Below are positions 27,191-32,000 of a stretch of DNA of 32,000 bases, piece by piece; position 1 is the stretch's first letter; each line of letters starts with the position of its first letter. Below the pieces are notes generated by a model. It was not told where the DNA came from, ran no database searches, and saw only the letters and a list, made by a program, of their open reading frames with translations. The translations under genes were made by a program, and so were the position numbers. The stretch is from contig NZ_CP021983.2 of the NCBI RefSeq assembly GCF_002075285.3, forward strand, positions 3,930,001 to 3,962,000, written 5' to 3'. Origin of the DNA: Halomicronema hongdechloris C2206. GTDB taxonomy: Bacteria; Cyanobacteriota; Cyanobacteriia; Phormidesmidales; Phormidesmidaceae.

Positions 27191-27880
27191 TCACCAATCC
27201 CCTGAGTAGATTGATACCTCAGTGTCATGGGTGGTCGAGATGGTTATTGGCAAGGTATCTGATTGTTCCTGCCTGGAAAAATGTATTAGCTGAAATCCAC
27301 TTGCCCGTGGCTCAACTGACATAATGTAGCGATCCCCAAGCCACTCTAGGGACTGAATGTGGTAGCCGATCAGCCAAACCTCAGCCAGCCTACCGGCATT
27401 TATCTGCTCAGGTTGCCCATTCTCATAGCAGCTCCAAATATCATCTTGAACGGTCCAAAGTCCGGAAAAGTATAGGGGCTCCATCCGGGCACTGAGACCA
27501 TAAGTGGTAAACGAGAATGCTCTATGCTGCCAAAATGATTGAATCACCGGGCTGAGTGGTTCGTCATAAATGGCCGCTCCATAGCGAGGCAACGCTTCCA
27601 ACGCCTGCATCTGTTCCGCTTCGGGTAGACGTTGCCAACGGGGAAGATCTCGGCAGATATCGAAGTCTAGAACTTTGGTGGCAGTGGTCTCCCTGAGGGG
27701 CTGTTCTGAGCCCGAGGGAGATGATTTCTCCTCAGGTATTTCAACACGGTGCGTGGTTTGGATGACGTCATCGCCAGGCGGGGTTTCTGAAGACAGGGAA
27801 TAGGTACACCCCGCTAGCGTCAGTAGACTAGTGACAGAAATCCCGATCAGATTGATGGATTGATAATGATGACCTCCCAT
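27191..27880 (-). CDS. hypothetical lipoprotein
   Basis: Signal peptide with lipobox LTLAGC. No recognisable domain in the mature part. Confidence 0.6.
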   Translation of the reverse strand: MGGHHYQSINLIGISVTSLLTLAGCTYSLSSETPPGDDVIQTTHRVEIPEEKSSPSGSEQPLRETTATKVLDFDICRDLPRWQRLPEAEQMQALEALPRYGAAIYDEPLSPVIQSFWQHRAFSFTTYGLSARMEPLYFSGLWTVQDDIWSCYENGQPEQINAGRLAEVWLIGYHIQSLEWLGDRYIMSVEPRASGFQLIHFSRQEQSDTLPITISTTHDTEVSIYSGDW

Positions 27881-28570
27881 TTGGGGTTCCTATGCGTTCA
27901 CGATAGCTCTGGATTGAAAGTACAAGTCAGTCTCAACGACTCGGTATCTCAGTACCAATAGCAGCTGCGGCTAATGGTTGGGTGCCGTTAAGTAGAGCCA
28001 AATCGAGCCATGCAAGAGCCCTAAGTAACTCGGCTCACAAAACCTTCCCAGTCCAGGGATCTAGGGCCCCGTTAGCTCTTATCCCTCTCTTTGGGGGTAG
28101 CTGCCCATGGCCGTGCCCCATCAGCTTGGAGCCCATTGTCTTACCATGTGGTGATCAGTCCCCCTTGAGAGGGCTTCCCAACGATTCCCTATACGACAGA
28201 AGCCAAGAGAATCCTGATGATTTAGGCAATGTCTGCCGTCAAGATACTATTCTGACAACCCCAATTCTGGGCCAACGTAGGTGTGGAGGAAACAATTACC
28301 TGTAGGTAAGCACATACCTGATCAGCCCTAGTTGCTACCTTGGGGTGTGCGCCCCTAGCTTTCCTAGAGAGGTCAGCGCTCTTAACGGCTACAAAGACTC
28401 CTTTGTGGCATCTCATCAGCTCAAAGCCCGAACTGGTTTAGCCGATAAGGGCCTAGACGAACCAGGCTTCAACGGGCTTAAGTTAGATGAAGACAGCAAC
28501 ATCTGTCGAGTAAAAACCTATTTATAGCTTAGCGCCAAAGTCATCAAAAACTGACAGCTAGATAGCCAAT

Positions 28571-29686
28571 TTAGCTAAATTTATGATGTGTTAATGCTGT
28601 GGGCAAAATTATCATGGCATCTCCGAAGGAATAGAAACGATAGCCTGACGTGATAGCTTCTTGGTAAAGACCAAGGAGACGCTGTCTACCGATAAGAGCA
28701 CTGACAAGCATGAGTAGACTAGAGCCCGGTAAGTGAAAGTTGGTGATTAACCCGTCGATAACCTGCCATTTATAGCCGGGATAAATGAATAGATTAGTTT
28801 TGCCACGAAATGGTCTCAGGGTACCTGATTGGGCGGCTCCCTCTAAGGCTCGGACGACAGTGGTGCCGACGGCAATGACCCGATGACCGCGGGCATGGGT
28901 AGTTTGAATTTTCTTGACCACTGATGGGGGAACATCTACCCATTCACTGTGCATGGTGTGTTGAGTAATGTTGTCGGTTTCCACAGGGCGAAAGGTCCCG
29001 ACCCCGACATGCAGGGTGATGAACGCCCGTTGGATACCGGCTTGATCGAGGCGAGCAAACAGCTCTGGAGTAAAGTGAAGTCCGGCAGTTGGGGCTGCTA
29101 CTGCGCCAGGTTTCTCGGCGTAAATGGTCTGATAGTGCTCAGCAGGGATATCGGTGTGGGTAATGTACGGGGGCAGGGGGACTTGGCCTAGCCGTTGTAA
29201 CACTGTTTCTAAGGAATCTTGCTTAGGAGTCGTGAATTGCAGCCACCGACCATTTGTATCGGCATCGGTGGCAATCACCTGAGCAATTAAGTCAGGCTCT
29301 GAGTCCTTGCTACCAAAATGGATCGTGGCTCCTGGCTTTAGGCGCCGACCTGGTTTCACCAGCGCTAGCCATCGATCAGTTTTCTGGGGTTCTAAGAGTA
29401 ATACCTCAACCGCTGCTCCCGCAGGCTTGTGGCCCCATAGACGGGCTGGGATCACCTGAGTATCGTTGAGTATCAGCAGATCGCCCGGCTGCAAGAGGTC
29501 GGGCAAGTCGCGAAACCGATGGTGCTGATGTTGGGTGGGTGAGGTAACGGCTAGTAACCGCGAATGGTCTCTAGGACGGGCTGGAGTCTGGGCGATGCAC
29601 TCGGGGGGTAAGACGTAGTGGTAAGCCGCAAGGGAGTGATGATTAGAGATTGATGAATGCGGGGATTGGTGCTTGGGATCACTCAT
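28571..29686 (-). CDS. queA: S-adenosylmethionine:tRNA ribosyltransferase-isomerase
   Basis: [60 protein letters not shown]. His/Ser-rich N-terminal extension of about 18 residues. Confidence 0.92.
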   Translation of the reverse strand: MSDPKHQSPHSSISNHHSLAAYHYVLPPECIAQTPARPRDHSRLLAVTSPTQHQHHRFRDLPDLLQPGDLLILNDTQVIPARLWGHKPAGAAVEVLLLEPQKTDRWLALVKPGRRLKPGATIHFGSKDSEPDLIAQVIATDADTNGRWLQFTTPKQDSLETVLQRLGQVPLPPYITHTDIPAEHYQTIYAEKPGAVAAPTAGLHFTPELFARLDQAGIQRAFITLHVGVGTFRPVETDNITQHTMHSEWVDVPPSVVKKIQTTHARGHRVIAVGTTVVRALEGAAQSGTLRPFRGKTNLFIYPGYKWQVIDGLITNFHLPGSSLLMLVSALIGRQRLLGLYQEAITSGYRFYSFGDAMIILPTALTHHKFS

Positions 29687-29815
29687 GGGCTAGGGAATTC
29701 GGGAAAAAGCCAGGAGATTGGGGAGAACCCCTAGGTCAGGGAGCGGGCTTTTCCCCTAGGGAGTAACTCGATAAGCCACGACAATAGAAATGTAGCACCC
29801 GCTGGAAGTGAAACG

Positions 29816-30205
29816 ATGGAATATACCTACTATCTTGCCAACGCCAGTCTCTGCTTAAGGGTGGTTGAGCATTTGCTAGGGACTCCGCGGCTTCCTCTAG
29901 AGTTTATGACGGTGGTTCATCAGATTGACGGGTGGATTATTAAGGTCAAGATGAGTGCCACAATGGCGACGTCGGATGCAGAAGACTTTCGTGCCTATCT
30001 GAACGAGTTGGGTATCTCTCACGATCCAGGCATCCGGGTTCGCATGGCATTATGGGGTTTGGAAACTGGCCAGTCACCAGTGGATGTCATGCGACGGTAT
30101 CAAGTGGCGATTGTGTCCCACGGTAAGCCGGATCGGGATGAAATCGAGGCCTTTCGCCGTCAGTTTGTGATGGGATTGGGATACTGCCCAGAGACTCTTG
30201 CCTAG
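29816..30205 (+). CDS. hypothetical protein (orphan, 129 aa)
   Basis: Open frame with ATG. No motif recognised. Two hairpins follow it, one of which is a good terminator. Confidence 0.45.
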   Translation: MEYTYYLANASLCLRVVEHLLGTPRLPLEFMTVVHQIDGWIIKVKMSATMATSDAEDFRAYLNELGISHDPGIRVRMALWGLETGQSPVDVMRRYQVAIVSHGKPDRDEIEAFRRQFVMGLGYCPETLA

Positions 30206-30296
30206 ACGCTTGTTAGTGAGAATCCTCACTCTATTATTCGGTTTATGCAGGCAATTTGGCTTGGCAGTTAGTTCGAAAGCGGGATCGTCTAGAAAG

Positions 30297-30328
30297 TCAG
30301 GCGTAGCTAGCCTGAACCTTTTGGTTTT
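30297..30328 (+). terminator. intrinsic terminator (plus strand)
   Basis: TCAGGC-GTAGCTA-GCCTGA followed by ACCTTTTGGTTTT. An additional hairpin AGTGAG-AATC-CTCACT lies at 30215-30230. Confidence 0.55.
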
Positions 30329-30549
30329 CACCGCATAACCGGATCTTACCCAGAAGCCTAACGTTTCTTCATGGCGAGCCTATATTCTTGCCTAGGATCA
30401 GAGAGGTTTGGTTAAACTGTGTCTGGTCTTAGCTCCTTATCCGCCTCAAGTCCGACAGGGCCAAGGAAATATAGGTATGGTTCAGGCGTAGCCTACAGGG
30501 GTTGGATGCTTTGGATGCTATCTTACTGCAACAGGCCGCCGACCATGGC

Positions 30550-31758
30550 TCAGCTGACGGGTAGACTCGCTTTCAGTTCGAAGATGTGTTCGATGGTTTC
30601 CTCTACAGAACGATCTGGGGTGGAGGCACCGGAAGTGATGCCTACTGTAATCGGACCGTCGGGCAGCCAGGGATCGTCTACAGTCAGGTCGCCGTGGAGC
30701 CGCTTGTGTTCGATCCGGTTGCCGGGACCGATGCGGCTGGCACTGTCGATGTGATACGAAGGAATATTTCGATCAATGGCGATTTCTTGCAGGTGGGTCG
30801 TGTTGGAGGAATTGTAGCCACCGATGACCACCATGAGATCTAGGGGCTGATCTACCAGGCCGAACATGGCATCTTGTCGCTCCTGGGTGGCATCACAGAT
30901 GGTGTTAAAGCTGAGAAAGTGCTCGTTTAGATGGAGAGGGCCGTACTTTTCCAGCATGGTGCGCTCAAAGAGCTTACCGATTTGCTCGGTTTCGCCCTTG
31001 AGCATGGTGGTTTGGTTGGCGATCCCGACCTGTTGTAAATCGGTGTCGGGATCAAAGCCCTGGGAATAGGCGTTCTTAAATTTGGCTAAGAAGGTATCTC
31101 GGTCGCCTCCATGGAGGATGTAGTCGGCCACGTACTGAGCTTCTTCGAGGTTGAGGACGACTAAATATTTATGGGCGAAGGAACTGGTCGCGATGGTTTC
31201 TTCGTGGTTGTATTTGCCATGAATGATGGAGGTGTAGTCTTTTTTCTTGTGCTTTTCGACGGTGTTCCACACCTTAGAGACCCAAGGACAGGTGGTGTCG
31301 ACGATGGTGCAGCCGTTGTCGTTGAGTAACTGCATTTCTTGGACACTGGCTCCAAAGGCGGGCAGGATGACGACGTCCCCGGGGCCGACGACGGAGAAGT
31401 CTTTCTGGCCGTCTTTGACCTCAATGAAGTTGACTCGCATCTGCTGCAGGCGCTGGTTAACGCCAGGATTGTGAATGATTTCGTTGGTGATCCAGATGCG
31501 ATCGCAAGGAAACTGTTGCCGAGTCTCGTAGGCCATGGCTACCGCCCGCTCGACCCCCCAGCAGAAGCCAAAGGCCTCGGCTAACTTGATGGTGACATCA
31601 CCACGGGTGAGGGTGTACTGGTTATCCCGAATCGTCTGAATCAGGCTGCTGTTATATTCCGTCTGCATCTGACCGGCCACGTCGCTGTCATGGCCAAAGC
31701 CCTGGCGGAAGTATTTTTCAGACTTCTGTAGCGAGCGCTTGAATGCTTTAGTATCCAT
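30550..31758 (-). CDS. ispH: 4-hydroxy-3-methylbut-2-enyl diphosphate reductase (long cyanobacterial/plant form)
   Basis: [31 protein letters not shown] (three Cys ligands), [11 protein letters not shown]. Confidence 0.95.
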   Translation of the reverse strand: MDTKAFKRSLQKSEKYFRQGFGHDSDVAGQMQTEYNSSLIQTIRDNQYTLTRGDVTIKLAEAFGFCWGVERAVAMAYETRQQFPCDRIWITNEIIHNPGVNQRLQQMRVNFIEVKDGQKDFSVVGPGDVVILPAFGASVQEMQLLNDNGCTIVDTTCPWVSKVWNTVEKHKKKDYTSIIHGKYNHEETIATSSFAHKYLVVLNLEEAQYVADYILHGGDRDTFLAKFKNAYSQGFDPDTDLQQVGIANQTTMLKGETEQIGKLFERTMLEKYGPLHLNEHFLSFNTICDATQERQDAMFGLVDQPLDLMVVIGGYNSSNTTHLQEIAIDRNIPSYHIDSASRIGPGNRIEHKRLHGDLTVDDPWLPDGPITVGITSGASTPDRSVEETIEHIFELKASLPVS

Positions 31759-31828
31759 GACCCCTCACGGCATGTCTGCACGTTACCTAGGATAACGGGT
31801 GATCTACCCAGAATTGGCAATTGGGTGA

Positions 31829-32000
31829 TTAATCCTGCTGCAATGTCAGGGCGATGGCCGTGCGCCAGACCAAGTAGCCCTGTCGGTTTAGATGTAAGCC
31901 ATCGGTGGTCAGATGGGCTCGGAGGGCACCATCGCCGTCGGCAAAGAGGGGATAGAGATCGAGGTAATCGATGCTATAGTTCCTAGCCAGGTGACGAAAT
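31829..32000 (-). CDS. SGNH/GDSL-family hydrolase (partial, C-terminal end only)
   Basis: The minus-strand frame ends ...TTDGLHLNRQGYLVWRTAIALTLQQD*. DGLHLN is SGNH block V (Asp-x-x-His). The 5' part lies outside the window. Confidence 0.5.
   Translation of the reverse strand, partial: FRHLARNYSIDYLDLYPLFADGDGALRAHLTTDGLHLNRQGYLVWRTAIALTLQQD

Noticed and set aside
27961-28530. Possible tmRNA (ssrA) or RNase P RNA in the queA-lipoprotein gap. Local strings such as UAAUGGUU, GUAGCUGCC, CCCUAGCUUUCC..GCUCUUAA and AACGAUUCCC recall tmRNA segments.
   Set aside because: On neither strand is there a GGGG..acceptor 5' end, a T-arm (GGUUCGA/UUCAA-type 7-nt loop), a terminal CCACCA or an Ala-resume tag frame ending in a stop. 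The matching strings are also in the wrong order. No GAGGAAAGUCCGGGC RNase P core is present.
25000-30500. Apparently lower GC and more A/T-ending codons across gpmI-secG-lipoprotein-queA than in the 6.2-11.2 kb block, which might indicate a horizontally acquired island
   Set aside because: The genes are core housekeeping genes with conserved gpmI-secG linkage, and the block has no integrase, tRNA or direct-repeat borders. I could not compute the composition, so this is only an impression.
30419-30754. 111-aa plus-strand ORF overlapping the ispH 3' end, and 85-aa ORF 30074-30331 on the minus strand
   Set aside because: The first is antisense to ispH and the second is antisense to the orphan ORF. 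They have GTG-type (30419-30754) or unsupported starts and low-complexity Ser/Arg-rich translations.

Overview
This window is a chromosomal segment of a cyanobacterium. Support: at least 11 copies of the HIP1 octamer GCGATCGC, the photosynthesis genes psbA, apcF, psaK and petG, and an NtcA-type glnA promoter. It holds about 30 protein-coding genes, nearly all housekeeping. In order they are: pcrA helicase, a lambda-R-like lytic transglycosylase, a PRK-like kinase, a cyAbrB regulator, an Rrf2 regulator overlapping cobD, pyrR, fni, sppA, psbA, an exported C13/legumain-like peptidase, a membrane-anchored cytochrome c, petG (37 codons, missing from the ORF track), an FGGY sugar kinase, apcF, glnA, a SAM methyltransferase, a YbjN-like protein, an LplA-family ligase, a CBS-domain site-2 protease, psaK, trpF, gpmI, secG, a lipoprotein, queA, an orphan ORF and ispH, plus partial genes at both edges. 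I found no tRNA or rRNA genes, CRISPR array, transposase, integrase or prophage block, and no convincing multi-gene defence or accessory island. The most unusual items are: (1) the C13-type peptidase, which carries a canonical EF-hand loop, together with a divergent Cys/His-rich small ORF and a palindrome cluster in the psbA-upstream spacer; (2) a 690-bp ORF-poor, hairpin-rich gap between queA and the lipoprotein gene; (3) a D1 protein with Glu130 and only a 9-residue C-terminal extension, whose stop codon lies inside a 13-bp tandem duplication; (4) recurrent perfect short tandem duplications; (5) a leader uORF coupled by ATGA to the Rrf2-cobD pair. All functional calls come from motif recognition by eye. 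No database search or folding was run.
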